DNA of 15,374 nucleotides from the UHGV virus genome UHGV-0080089; one strand, written 5' to 3'. Under the pieces are notes generated by a model, which was not told where the DNA came from, searched no databases, and was given only the letters and a program-made list of their open reading frames with translations. The stretch comes from a virus. Every line of letters starts with the position of its first letter. Position 1 is the stretch's first letter. A program made the translations under genes and the position numbers. This document shows, one piece after another, positions 1 to 7,352 of this stretch.

Positions 1-957
1 ACGAAATATCAGCTCCAGCTGGGAGCCATACTTCTCTTCAAATGCCACGGTATCCGCATGCAGCTCGTCGTGATGCTTTCTGCACAAAGGCAACACAAAG
101 AGGTCATGCGCTTTTGTACCCATTCCGCCCTGACCGTGACCTGTCAGGTGGTGGGGATCATCAGCAGGTTTTCCACAACATGCGCACGGCTGCGTCTTAA
201 CCCATCGCGTGTACTTTTCATTAACCCAGCGGCGACGTTTGGGGCGTAACATAAAAGACTCCGGCGACTCCGGATCCACTTTCAGCGCCAGCACCTTTTT
301 CGCTTTATCCTGGATGATGCTGGTGGCAGGAACCGAAGGCACAAGGTCACTTTCCCGGGTAACAGACGGCACAACAGGCTTCGGTAATCTCAGTGCCTTA
401 CGGGCTGCACTTTCCGGTAAGGCATCCGCCAGGTCATTACGAATCAGCCACCAGCACAGTTCCGGCATTGTCACAACGTGACTGTCATCAAAACCGAGAT
501 CCCGACGCACGACAGATAACACCCACCGGGCACAGTTATCCGTTGCCATTGATTCCAGCCGTTCCGTGAACTGATCGCGCAGTTGGTTATCACAGTGCCA
601 GCACAGACGGATTGCGCCCGGCGCGTGTCGCATTGTGGTCATATTCTCGCTGTGCCAGCCGGAATGAGGCCACTGGCAGCCTGTTTCACGAAGTAACCAG
701 CTCTCAAGGCATTCCACGCCCCCCGCCCGACGGATCACAGCCTCATTGCGGAACACGGCCCGAATGGCAGGATCATCCGCCAGCGGTTGTGATGCCGCCG
801 GAACGGCACCACTGGCAAAAGATGAATAACGTTCCGGCTCAGGCTCCAGCAGGACACGCCCCTGCATAAACAGGGGCATCAGCTCTGAACCTGGCCTGAA
901 CAATACGATCCCCATACGCGGGGCAATTTCAGGGGTCAGTAGTGCTCTCACGGTCAC
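1..957 (-). CDS. DUF968-like phage protein with HNH-like Cys/His motif; partial (C-terminus beyond left window edge); start uncertain (GTG 957 or ATG 915)
   Basis: Minus-strand frame is open from 981 down to position 1; absent from the ORF track only because no stop lies in-window. Translation of 252..1 reads MLRPKRRRWVNEKYTRWVKTQPCACCGKPADDPHHLTGHGQGGMGTKAHDLFVLPLCRKHHDELHADTVAFEEKYG (CxxC...HH...C..HH). Starts directly after the KilA-N gene stop (961..959). No convincing SD for any candidate start. Confidence 0.6.
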   Translation of the reverse strand, partial: MTVRALLTPEIAPRMGIVLFRPGSELMPLFMQGRVLLEPEPERYSSFASGAVPAASQPLADDPAIRAVFRNEAVIRRAGGVECLESWLLRETGCQWPHSGWHSENMTTMRHAPGAIRLCWHCDNQLRDQFTERLESMATDNCARWVLSVVRRDLGFDDSHVVTMPELCWWLIRNDLADALPESAARKALRLPKPVVPSVTRESDLVPSVPATSIIQDKAKKVLALKVDPESPESFMLRPKRRRWVNEKYTRWVKTQPCACCGKPADDPHHLTGHGQGGMGTKAHDLFVLPLCRKHHDELHADTVAFEEKYGSQLELIFR

Positions 958-958
958 C

Positions 959-1756
959 TCAATGAACGGTATCGAGCAGCTTTAACAGCTCAGGGAATCG
1001 GGATTCGAAGAAATGCGGCTGCGTCTCGCGCGGATTTGCAGGACTGGTGATGTTCTTGCCGAACATGCAGCCTTTCGCCGTCAGCGACCAGAATTTTTTG
1101 ATGTTGTTAATCGCGGTACGGCTGTATCGTTCGCGCTGCTCGACGATCCCCAGCTTCACCATCTGGTGATATGCCTGATTAGCTGTCAGGCGGATACCAT
1201 ACTGCTTCAGCAGTGCACTCAGTGACAGCGTGGGGCGGCTTGAGCCATCAGGCGCGTCAGCAGGAGCATCAATGGCATAGCGCGGTGCCAGATTCGGTAA
1301 GCCAACAGCCTCCTGGAGTTTCTGACAGGCACCAAGCACTGAAGAGTTAGACAGGTTTAATTCCCGGCGCATAAAGTCCAGCAGAATCACACCAGCCTGC
1401 ATCTTGTCAGCAGCCTGTCCGGATAATTTTTCCGGTGCGCTGGTTACCATGTCGAAAGTACGGATCACCTTCAGATGGAATGACGGGCTGATCCACATTG
1501 CATAGGCATACACCAGTTCTTTGCAGACATACGTCCCCTGGTTATTTCCGCCACGAATAACGTTAACTGACTCTATATTGACCGAGTTGCAAATCTGCAA
1601 CTCGCTTATTAAACGCTCAGTTTGCTCATTGCGGAGCCAGAATGCAGGCTTATGCTTATCCAGAGAACCAGCAGCCCTGTGCAGATCGTTCAGGCTGTAA
1701 CGCCCATAAGCATCACGACGAACTTCAATACCATCAATGACCATCAGATTATTCAT
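959..1756 (-). CDS. KilA-N domain protein (phage antirepressor-like/Bro-N-like)
   Basis: ORF track 959..1789; chosen start ATG 1756 (MNNLMVIDG...) preceded by strong SD (AGAGGAGAAACGAAGT-ATG). N-terminal region MVIDGIEVRRDAYGRYSLNDLHRAAG...YVCKELVYAYAMWISPSFHLKV fits the KilA-N/APSES pattern from memory. Confidence 0.7.
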   Translation of the reverse strand: MNNLMVIDGIEVRRDAYGRYSLNDLHRAAGSLDKHKPAFWLRNEQTERLISELQICNSVNIESVNVIRGGNNQGTYVCKELVYAYAMWISPSFHLKVIRTFDMVTSAPEKLSGQAADKMQAGVILLDFMRRELNLSNSSVLGACQKLQEAVGLPNLAPRYAIDAPADAPDGSSRPTLSLSALLKQYGIRLTANQAYHQMVKLGIVEQRERYSRTAINNIKKFWSLTAKGCMFGKNITSPANPRETQPHFFESRFPELLKLLDTVH

Positions 1757-1775
1757 ACTTCGTTTCTCCTCTTGA

Positions 1776-2165
1776 TCAGGCGGCTGCACCCGCCGTTTTC
1801 TCGTACTTACTGATAGTGATCTCGACCTTCCCTTCCGGGATAACCGGTCCCCACTCCACCAGCATTCTTTTCACCTGACTGTCGTCTTCCCACACCCCCG
1901 CGTGGGTCAGGGCGTCAAACAGCGCCTTGTTATAGTTGTCCAGATCGCGGATCCTGTTATCCGGAGGAAACAACACGATCTCCACTGAAGCAGGTGCCGA
2001 CGTTGGTTTCGGCAGACGACGTAACTGCTCAACTATTGCTGCGCACGCCGCGCTCTGGAATTTTCGCCCCGCCGCGCTTATCAGGCTCTTACCAGCAAAC
2101 GCCCCTTTGTTGGGGTGTCGCCAGTACGTGTTCACGCTGGGCGGAAAAGGCAGGATCAGCTTCAT
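1776..2165 (-). CDS. rusA: RusA-family Holliday junction resolvase
   Basis: 129 aa; LPFPPSVNTYWRH N-terminus and DNRIRDLDNYNKALFDALTHAGVWEDDSQV core match the RusA pattern (LPWPPSNNRYY...RRDLDN..KA.FDALT.AG.W.DD.QV). ATG 2165 overlaps upstream stop (ATGA). Confidence 0.85.
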   Translation of the reverse strand: MKLILPFPPSVNTYWRHPNKGAFAGKSLISAAGRKFQSAACAAIVEQLRRLPKPTSAPASVEIVLFPPDNRIRDLDNYNKALFDALTHAGVWEDDSQVKRMLVEWGPVIPEGKVEITISKYEKTAGAAA

Positions 2166-2488
2166 ACTTTCAGGCCCCTCTCATGTAACCAGTGGGTTGC
2201 ACGCAGCCTTGCGTTTTCCTCACCGGCAAGCAGTGAGCGGATAATCCCGACCGCCTCGCTGTCGTCGTCCTTCACCGCGGTATGAAGCGTGATGCCCCGG
2301 GCCACGCCACGCTTTATCGTGATGACGCCTTTTTTCTCCAGTGCGCGAAGATGCTCCACCGCTGCATTCACTGAACGGTATCCCAGCATGGTTGCCACCT
2401 CCTGATTGGTTGGCGGGAAGCCACGTTCTTTCTGATAAGAAATCAGCATATCCAGCACCTGCTGCTGGCATTGAGTTAACGTCGTCAT
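2162..2488 (-). CDS. LexA N-terminal DNA-binding-domain protein (winged helix only, no S24 peptidase domain)
   Basis: 108 aa; LTQCQQQVLDMLISYQKERGFPPTNQEVATMLGYRSVNAAVEHLRALEKKGVI closely parallels the LexA N-terminus ([53 protein letters not shown]); no Ala-Gly/Ser/Lys protease module follows. ATG 2488; stop overlaps rusA start. Confidence 0.7.
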   Translation of the reverse strand: MTTLTQCQQQVLDMLISYQKERGFPPTNQEVATMLGYRSVNAAVEHLRALEKKGVITIKRGVARGITLHTAVKDDDSEAVGIIRSLLAGEENARLRATHWLHERGLKV

Positions 2489-3138
2489 GCCGCCATCTCC
2501 CTGACCAGTTTTTCTGCCTGCTGGCGAACCTGCGCCAGAAAGGCCTCACCACATGCCTCAAGTTCATCGCGCCCGATGTAGCTGATTGCCGGTCCCTTCC
2601 AGGTCTTGTCGAAAACAGCAATAGCACCAGCGAAGAAAGCGCCTGTCGGCACCTGCTTCTCATCCTTCGGGATAAACCAGGCAGGCAGTTCAAAACCAAT
2701 ACGCCCGCGAATAAAAGCAATATGATCTGCATCTTCCGGCCACCACACTTCGCTGGTGGCAGCTTTGATCAGGAAAACATAGCGCCCGCCTTTATCACGC
2801 ATGGCACTGGCATGCTTCATGATGTAACGCATGCCGGTGATGTATTGCCCCTCATGCTGACTGGCGCGGCTGTATGGGGGATTACCAAAGGCAGCACCTT
2901 TAAGCTCCGCAAGGCGTTCTGACCAGTCATGCGCCAACGCGTTGTCTTCCGCCGTGTAATACGCAGCACATTTGGCGTTATCACCGTCAGTAAACAGATC
3001 CAGAACAAACGGGCCAAACAGAGTGTTAATTCCCCAGAAAATGTTGTCCGGCGTGCGCCACTGATCGCCCACTTCCTTCAGTTCATGGGCTGGTTTGTTC
3101 CGCAGTTCCGCCAGCGCCTGGCAATATTTATTACTCAT
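2485..3138 (-). CDS. Phage N6-adenine DNA methyltransferase (Dam-like, phage_N6A_met type)
   Basis: Catalytic FGNPPY motif and N-terminal WRTPDNIF...NAKC..YYTAED pattern. Start taken as ATG 3138 (MSNKYCQ...), overlapping the upstream TAA (TAATG); the track's longer 3171 start is GTG and overlaps the upstream gene by 33 nt. Confidence 0.8.
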   Translation of the reverse strand: MSNKYCQALAELRNKPAHELKEVGDQWRTPDNIFWGINTLFGPFVLDLFTDGDNAKCAAYYTAEDNALAHDWSERLAELKGAAFGNPPYSRASQHEGQYITGMRYIMKHASAMRDKGGRYVFLIKAATSEVWWPEDADHIAFIRGRIGFELPAWFIPKDEKQVPTGAFFAGAIAVFDKTWKGPAISYIGRDELEACGEAFLAQVRQQAEKLVREMAA

Positions 3139-3626
3139 TAAGCCCCCACGTAATTCCCTGAGAGATACCACTCTTCACCTGATGCAGCCCGCTTACTGCT
3201 TTTCCGTAAACACCGTTCACGACGTGCCAGAAAATTGTTTCGTTCTGGCTGGGAGTGGCTTTCACGGAATGCCGCCATCCACACCGTTGCAGCACGACGG
3301 TATAAGCCCCTGGACTCCAGTTCTTCCGCCTGGCGGGTCAGGCACAAAATCACCCGCGGGTCGTTAGTGCCGACATAGAAATTGCGCACAGGTCTGGTTT
3401 CACGAACTGGTTGTGGTTCCGGATCCTGCGCTCTCTCAGTCAGGCGCGGGAAATGTCTGTGTGTATCTCCTTCACAACGGTGAGCCACACGCCCACTCTG
3501 ACGTAACTTGCTTGCTGACTGCAGAACGCGCTGCCGTGAGTAACCTGCAAAAGCATCCGCAATGTCTCCGGAAGTACAGCCCGGATGGGCTTCAATGAAT
3601 TTCTGAACGTCATTCAAAAGACTCAT
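3138..3626 (-). CDS. Hypothetical phage protein, YfdN-like (~162 aa), putative N-terminal winged-helix
   Basis: ORF track 3138..3632 (GTG); preferred start ATG 3626 with SD GGGGGTG 6 nt upstream, 2 nt after the replication gene stop. Size and position (between replication gene and methyltransferase) match yfdN of CPS-53 as recalled. Confidence 0.6.
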   Translation of the reverse strand: MSLLNDVQKFIEAHPGCTSGDIADAFAGYSRQRVLQSASKLRQSGRVAHRCEGDTHRHFPRLTERAQDPEPQPVRETRPVRNFYVGTNDPRVILCLTRQAEELESRGLYRRAATVWMAAFRESHSQPERNNFLARRERCLRKSSKRAASGEEWYLSGNYVGA

Positions 3627-3628
3627 GC

Positions 3629-4570
3629 TCACCCCCTGAATCCTGCCGGGATCTGGCTGTAGTCCACATTGTCGTAACTGGCTTTGAAGTACGGGTCTTC
3701 GCGTTTTTCTGTGTACGTGCTGACGGACGGCGATAAGCGCAGGGAAAGCTCATCCCATTTTTCCCGCAGCTTCGACGGGCTGAGCACGTTACGGCACCAG
3801 AACGGATCGCGGCTGACGCGGCTGTACATCTCGCAGATTTGTTTGTGAGTACGACCATCCTGCACACACATCAGGCGAATTTCGTTTGCCCAGGCTGTCC
3901 AGTTCGGTTCTTTGGGACGAACCACCTCGCCGTCACATTCGGCAGCCTGCTCGTACAGGGCGATGATTTTTTTCCAGAGCCACTGTGCGCAGGTCAAATC
4001 ATCCTGCGTCCCCCACTGGCGCTTTTTAGGGCTGAATACAACCGCATCAGGATGGCGAGTTAAAAAATCCTGTTCAGCCGTCTGCGTGTCCGGTTGCGAA
4101 GCGTCCGGACGAGAAGGTTTTTTATCTGACGGATCATGTTTTGATTTTACTGACGGATCCCCGCCAGATTCTGACGGGTGAAAACCCGCTTTTTTGCCAG
4201 ATTTCGACGCATCAAATTTTGACGGGTCAGATTTTGATGCGTCAGATTTTGACGGGTCAGAATCTGACAGTTGAGAAAATGCCGCTGCCTGAAGCTTCGC
4301 AACGTTAAGCTGATAAACATTCGACGCATTGCGGTTACCCTGGCGACGCGCCTTACGCGTTAACCAGCCTTCTGCTTCCAGCCGTGCGATAGCCGTTCTG
4401 ACGGTACTCATCCCCGCGCCAATCTGACGGGCAATGGTTTCAATTGATGGCCAGCACACACCTTCGTCATTACTGAAATCAGCCAGGCGGGCCATAATTG
4501 CCACGCTGGATAACTTCATGCCTGATGCAGCGCAACCATCCCATACATAGCCGGTTAATTTAGTGCTCAT
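3629..4570 (-). CDS. Phage replication initiation protein (lambda O-like architecture: N-terminal HTH, internal iteron-encoded linker, C-terminal domain)
   Basis: 313 aa; ATG 4570 with SD AGAGGT; N-terminal wHTH (SVAIMARLADFSNDEGVCWPSIETIARQIGAGMSTVRTAIARLEAEGWL); central peptide repeats SDPSKSDASKSDPSKFDASKS encoded by 15-bp DNA direct repeats. Confidence 0.7.
   Translation of the reverse strand: MSTKLTGYVWDGCAASGMKLSSVAIMARLADFSNDEGVCWPSIETIARQIGAGMSTVRTAIARLEAEGWLTRKARRQGNRNASNVYQLNVAKLQAAAFSQLSDSDPSKSDASKSDPSKFDASKSGKKAGFHPSESGGDPSVKSKHDPSDKKPSRPDASQPDTQTAEQDFLTRHPDAVVFSPKKRQWGTQDDLTCAQWLWKKIIALYEQAAECDGEVVRPKEPNWTAWANEIRLMCVQDGRTHKQICEMYSRVSRDPFWCRNVLSPSKLREKWDELSLRLSPSVSTYTEKREDPYFKASYDNVDYSQIPAGFRG
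4122..4273. repeat. Iteron-like direct repeats (~15-bp units AGATTTTGACGGGTC / AGATTTTGATGCGTC) inside the replication gene; candidate replication origin
   Basis: Four contiguous 15-bp units at 4214..4273 (aaattttgacgggtc, agattttgatgcgtc, agattttgacgggtc, agaatctgacagttg) plus spaced copies at 4165..4180 and 4198..4213 and TGACGG cores at 4127 and 4152. Confidence 0.6.
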
Positions 4571-4918
4571 GACCGACCTCTATTTCCCTGAATTTACGAC
4601 GAAACTGTTCGAGCGGACTGAAGCATTCATGCTCATAACCTTCGCGGAGGTAGATAACCCGTTGTGTTTCCGGCTCCCAACGAATGACTCTGACGGGCAC
4701 TCCGTAGTGATCTTTGAACCAGCGGTTAACTTGTCGCAAAGGACTGTCTCCTTCTGCCGGTTGAAATCACCCACAGCCCACTCTGCAAAGCTGTGGGTTA
4801 CAATTTCCCTGTCACCTGGTACATTCACTGCATAGCAATATTCCACCTTCGCTTTTCCACCCGGAACAGGAAGCGCAATCAGTTGCGAGCGACGGTAGTG
4901 TGTTGTTAAACTGTTCAT
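4563..4918 (-). pseudogene. Frameshift-disrupted small phage gene (~115 aa if restored) between the cII-position gene and the replication gene
   Basis: Track ORF 4580..4918 starts protein-like ([55 protein letters not shown]) then turns into low-complexity sequence; a second frame open from 4766 to stop 4562..4560 reads [65 protein letters not shown] with no ATG. Frame switch lies within ~4750..4770, next to an 8-bp-stem hairpin at 4771..4798. Confidence 0.4.
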
Positions 4919-5523
4919 GCGTTAGTTTCTCCACAGTCACGACACGCTACGGCGCCCGGAGCTGCACACTCGCGGGCGTCATTACTTTCTGAAATGCAAA
5001 AAATTTTGTAGACCAGTGCTGCATGCTCCTGCAGCTTCGAAATTGAGAGGTAGAGCTCGTCATTAATTGCTGTCTTCTCATGCGGTTCCACTACACCGTC
5101 TTCGATTGCTGAACGAATCTGTTTTGAATAACTGCCGATCTGTTCAATGACTTCCAGCAGACGCTGGTTAATATCGGCGTTGTCCACATCCTCGACGTCA
5201 GGAAGAGACACAAAGACGCCATTTGCAGACTGCGCCACAGCATCAGCAATGAAGTGAGTTCCACCAGCACGTTGCAAAATCATTGCCCATCCCAGCGGGA
5301 AAATCTGATCGCCATCGGCACGAAGGCGGTTAAATAATGCGTTCTCTGTTACATCCAGCCAGTCAGCAGCTTCAGCGTAACCCCCCGGCAACGCTGCGAT
5401 AGTTTTTCTGACAGCTTTCACGTACCACTCAGGCTGTTTGTCTACTTTCCAGTGATGCTTACCCACGGTTAGCCTCATCGTTCTGTGGTTTCTGTTAATC
5501 GATTTATCCATTAGATTTTTCAT
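4915..5523 (-). CDS. Early regulatory protein in the cII position (possibly YdaT-like); C-terminal Cys cluster
   Basis: Track ORF 4915..5580 begins at GTG; first ATG at 5523 (MKNLMDK...) chosen, alternative ATG 5511 overlaps the cro-like stop. Weak SD for both. C-terminus [13 protein letters not shown]. Family assignment is by position after the YdaS-like gene, not sequence. Confidence 0.55.
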   Translation of the reverse strand: MKNLMDKSINRNHRTMRLTVGKHHWKVDKQPEWYVKAVRKTIAALPGGYAEAADWLDVTENALFNRLRADGDQIFPLGWAMILQRAGGTHFIADAVAQSANGVFVSLPDVEDVDNADINQRLLEVIEQIGSYSKQIRSAIEDGVVEPHEKTAINDELYLSISKLQEHAALVYKIFCISESNDARECAAPGAVACRDCGETNA

Positions 5524-5704
5524 AAAGCTCAGGTTTAAATGGCAACCGTCCGCAAGTTCTATATGCAGCTTCTGCTGCACGTCCTTTTGGAATTAACTGG
5601 CCCGGACGGTTTCGCCACTGATAAACGGCTTCAGTTGTTATGCCGAAAAAAGCAGCAACTTTCTCAATACTGCCGAAGTAGCTTTCGATATCGTCAGTTG
5701 TCAT
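5504..5704 (-). CDS. Cro-like / YdaS-family HTH regulator
   Basis: 66 aa; ATG 5704 with strong SD (GGAGGG 6 nt upstream); HTH region VAAFFGITTEAVYQWRNRPGQLIPKGRAAEAAYRTCG; divergent from cI across a 97-bp operator region. Confidence 0.75.
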   Translation of the reverse strand: MTTDDIESYFGSIEKVAAFFGITTEAVYQWRNRPGQLIPKGRAAEAAYRTCGRLPFKPELYEKSNG

Positions 5705-5801
5705 ACGCCCTCCAAACTAAGTTTTATTAGATGCTAATTACAAATCTATCTTTGGTCAATAAAAACTAAGATTACTTAGTAATTAAAGAAATGGTGCTCC
5801 T
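5705..5801. promoter_or_regulatory. Immunity-region divergent promoter/operator region (OR-like)
   Basis: Perfect 16-bp palindrome ACTAAGattaCTTAGT at 5765..5780; related imperfect site ACTAAGttttATTAGa at 5716..5731. Minus-strand promoter candidate for the cro-like gene: -35 TTGACC (5759..5754), 17-bp spacer, -10 TAGCAT (5736..5731). Confidence 0.6.
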
Positions 5802-6428
5802 ATGGAAACGGTTGGTCAGCGTATAAAAGCTCTGAGAAGAGTTACCAGAACGTCCCAGAAAGAATTGGGTAAATTTTGTGGAGTAAGCGACGTTGCTGTG
5901 GGGTACTGGGAGAAAGACATCAATACCCCTGGTGGGGAGGCACTTTCGAAATTAGCGAAGTTCTTCAATACGTCAATAGATTACATTCTTTATGGTGCTG
6001 AGTTTGAAGGCAAACTCGTCACAAACATGCGCAGAGTTCCTGTAATATCGTGGGTTCAGGCTGGGCAGTTTACTGAGTGCAGGGCAGCAGAAGTGTTTAG
6101 TGAAGTGGACAAGTGGGTAGATACATCATTAAAGATTGGTGATAACTCATTTGCATTAGAGGTTAAAGGTGACTCCATGACTAACCCTAATGGCCTCCCA
6201 ACAATACCAGAAGGCGCAACAGTGATTGTAGATCCAGATGCAGAACCTCGTCATGGAAAAATAGTCATCGCTCGACTTGATGGAACAAACGAAGCTACAG
6301 TAAAAAAATTAGTCATCGATGGCCCTCAAAAGTTTTTAGTGCCATTAAATCCTCGGTATCCCAACATCCCTATCAATGGTAATTGCCTTATCATTGGTGT
6401 AGTCAAAGGAGTTCAATACGAACTCTAA
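5802..6428 (+). CDS. cI: CI-type prophage repressor (HTH_XRE + S24 LexA-like peptidase domain)
   Basis: 208 aa; N-terminal HTH (QKELGKFCGVSDVAVGYWEKD); Ala-Gly in VISWVQAGQF; Ser nucleophile in GDSM and Lys in VKKLV with S24 spacing. Confidence 0.9.
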   Translation: METVGQRIKALRRVTRTSQKELGKFCGVSDVAVGYWEKDINTPGGEALSKLAKFFNTSIDYILYGAEFEGKLVTNMRRVPVISWVQAGQFTECRAAEVFSEVDKWVDTSLKIGDNSFALEVKGDSMTNPNGLPTIPEGATVIVDPDAEPRHGKIVIARLDGTNEATVKKLVIDGPQKFLVPLNPRYPNIPINGNCLIIGVVKGVQYEL

Positions 6429-6439
6429 GACCTCTCTTC

Positions 6440-6510
6440 TCTAACTAAGGCACCGAACTAAGAAAAGTTTGGTGTTTTCTCTTGCCATAATAACTAAGTT
6501 AAGTTAGATT
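6440..6510 (+). promoter_or_regulatory. Second operator cluster downstream of cI (OL-like) with candidate plus-strand promoter
   Basis: ACTAAG half-site motifs at 6444..6449, 6457..6462 and 6493..6498; promoter-like -35 TTGCCA (6482..6487), 17-bp spacer, -10 TAGATT (6505..6510). Confidence 0.4.
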
Positions 6511-6675
6511 TTATGTCAAAGATAACGAACAGGCAGGACGCCCACGAAGTAGCCGCCTGGGGCATATGAAGTCCAGGATGATTCGTTAGCAACAAAAAAG
6601 CGCCCTACAGGACGCTTAGCTCTTTAACAATCTGGTCCCCATCAACAAGTAACTGATAACTTGAGGAGATGTGAA

Positions 6676-6882
6676 ATGCACAAAACAGAACCCAAAATCG
6701 TCGCGCCTGGCTACACAGATGAGGAAATTTATGAGTGGATGACAAAGAAGCTGGCAGCTATAAACCAGCTTCGTGAAGTGCTGTCTTATCGACAGGAAAC
6801 AATAGACTCCTTAAAAAAACTGGATCAGGAAATCACGGTTTTATCACAGGATGTTACTTTAGATATTGTGCAGACAAATTAG
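6676..6882 (+). CDS. Hypothetical small protein (68 aa), AT-rich accessory gene downstream of cI
   Basis: ATG 6676 preceded by GAGGAG (6663..6668) at 7-nt spacing; track ORF begins at TTG 6661. No recognisable motif and not arginine-rich; 3' end overlaps the convergent 144-aa gene by 29 bp. Confidence 0.55.
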   Translation: MHKTEPKIVAPGYTDEEIYEWMTKKLAAINQLREVLSYRQETIDSLKKLDQEITVLSQDVTLDIVQTN

Positions 6883-7288
6883 GATCCCATTCATTTTCGT
6901 CAAAATCATCAAAGTGATGAATTTGTGATCTCCAGTCTCGATAATCTAAAAATTTCTGGGCGGTTACGCTTATTTTATCAAGTGTGAGTTCATCCTGAAT
7001 TGAAAGAAGAAGTTCATCAAATTTCATCTCATTAATCTGTTTTGGCATCCAGTGATGCTTCATCAGAATAAGGTGAACCAGAGCCTTTTTCCCATTCAAC
7101 TGATTATAGGGAGTGCCGAATTTCTTCCGGTGCTCATGTAAGACAAGGTCCAAAAGAGTAAGTAATGTTGCCCTTGATTCAACTTTGCTTATTTCGACTG
7201 ATGACACTACCCCACTGATTTCAATGCCCCGATACTTTCCAACATTTTCACAGTGGGATTTGTACAGCGTATAGATATTACCGGACAT
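6854..7288 (-). CDS. Hypothetical protein (144 aa), AT-rich accessory gene convergent with the 68-aa gene
   Basis: ATG 7288 with AAAGGAAAAGAA upstream; about 35% GC versus about 52% in flanking phage genes; acidic C-terminus (HHFDDFDENEWDP); no family recognised. Confidence 0.6.
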   Translation of the reverse strand: MSGNIYTLYKSHCENVGKYRGIEISGVVSSVEISKVESRATLLTLLDLVLHEHRKKFGTPYNQLNGKKALVHLILMKHHWMPKQINEMKFDELLLSIQDELTLDKISVTAQKFLDYRDWRSQIHHFDDFDENEWDPNLSAQYLK

Positions 7289-7303
7289 TTCTTTTCCTTT
7301 TGC

Positions 7304-7352
7304 GTTGTTGGGGATAACCAGATTAACCGAATCCTTGTTGTTGGGGAATAAC
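7304..7352. repeat. Tandem imperfect direct repeat (GTTGTTGGGGATAAC at 7304..7318 and GTTGTTGGGGAATAAC at 7337..7352, ~33-bp period) just upstream of the 144-aa gene
   Basis: Read directly from the sequence; on the minus strand each copy ends in an AAGGA-like element, the second forming the RBS of the 144-aa gene. Confidence 0.5.

Noticed and set aside
58-869. Plus-strand ORFs 58..249, 209..481, 612..869
   Set aside because: They lie antisense to a long uninterrupted minus-strand frame with a recognisable DUF968/HNH-like translation; short, no RBS, some GTG-initiated.
1013-1813. Plus-strand ORFs 1013..1225 and 1622..1813
   Set aside because: Antisense to the KilA-N gene; no RBS and not protein-like.
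4122-4273. Possibility that the 15-bp tandem repeats are a CRISPR array
   Set aside because: Units are 15 bp with no intervening unique spacers, are in-frame with and encode part of the replication protein, and no cas genes are present; they are iterons.
1936-4329. Alternative-frame and antisense ORFs (1936..2244, 1994..2188, 2220..2732, 2341..2922, 2817..3017, 2929..3141, 3095..3367, 3413..3598, 3610..3867, 3839..4063, 3912..4181, 4147..4329)
   Set aside because: Each overlaps a gene with recognisable family signatures (RusA, LexA-like, methyltransferase, replication initiator) in another frame or strand; translations are Arg/Pro/Ser-rich and lack RBS.
5539-5730. Plus-strand ORF 5539..5730
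   Set aside because: Antisense across the cro-like/cII-position gene junction and the operator region; no RBS.
6513-6569. 18-codon ORF immediately after the putative plus-strand promoter
   Set aside because: ATG lies 3 nt after the candidate -10 with no SD; most likely untranslated leader.
6676-6882. 68-aa protein as a lambda N-like antiterminator
   Set aside because: No arginine-rich motif; composition is acidic/coiled-coil-like, so an N-type function is not supported.
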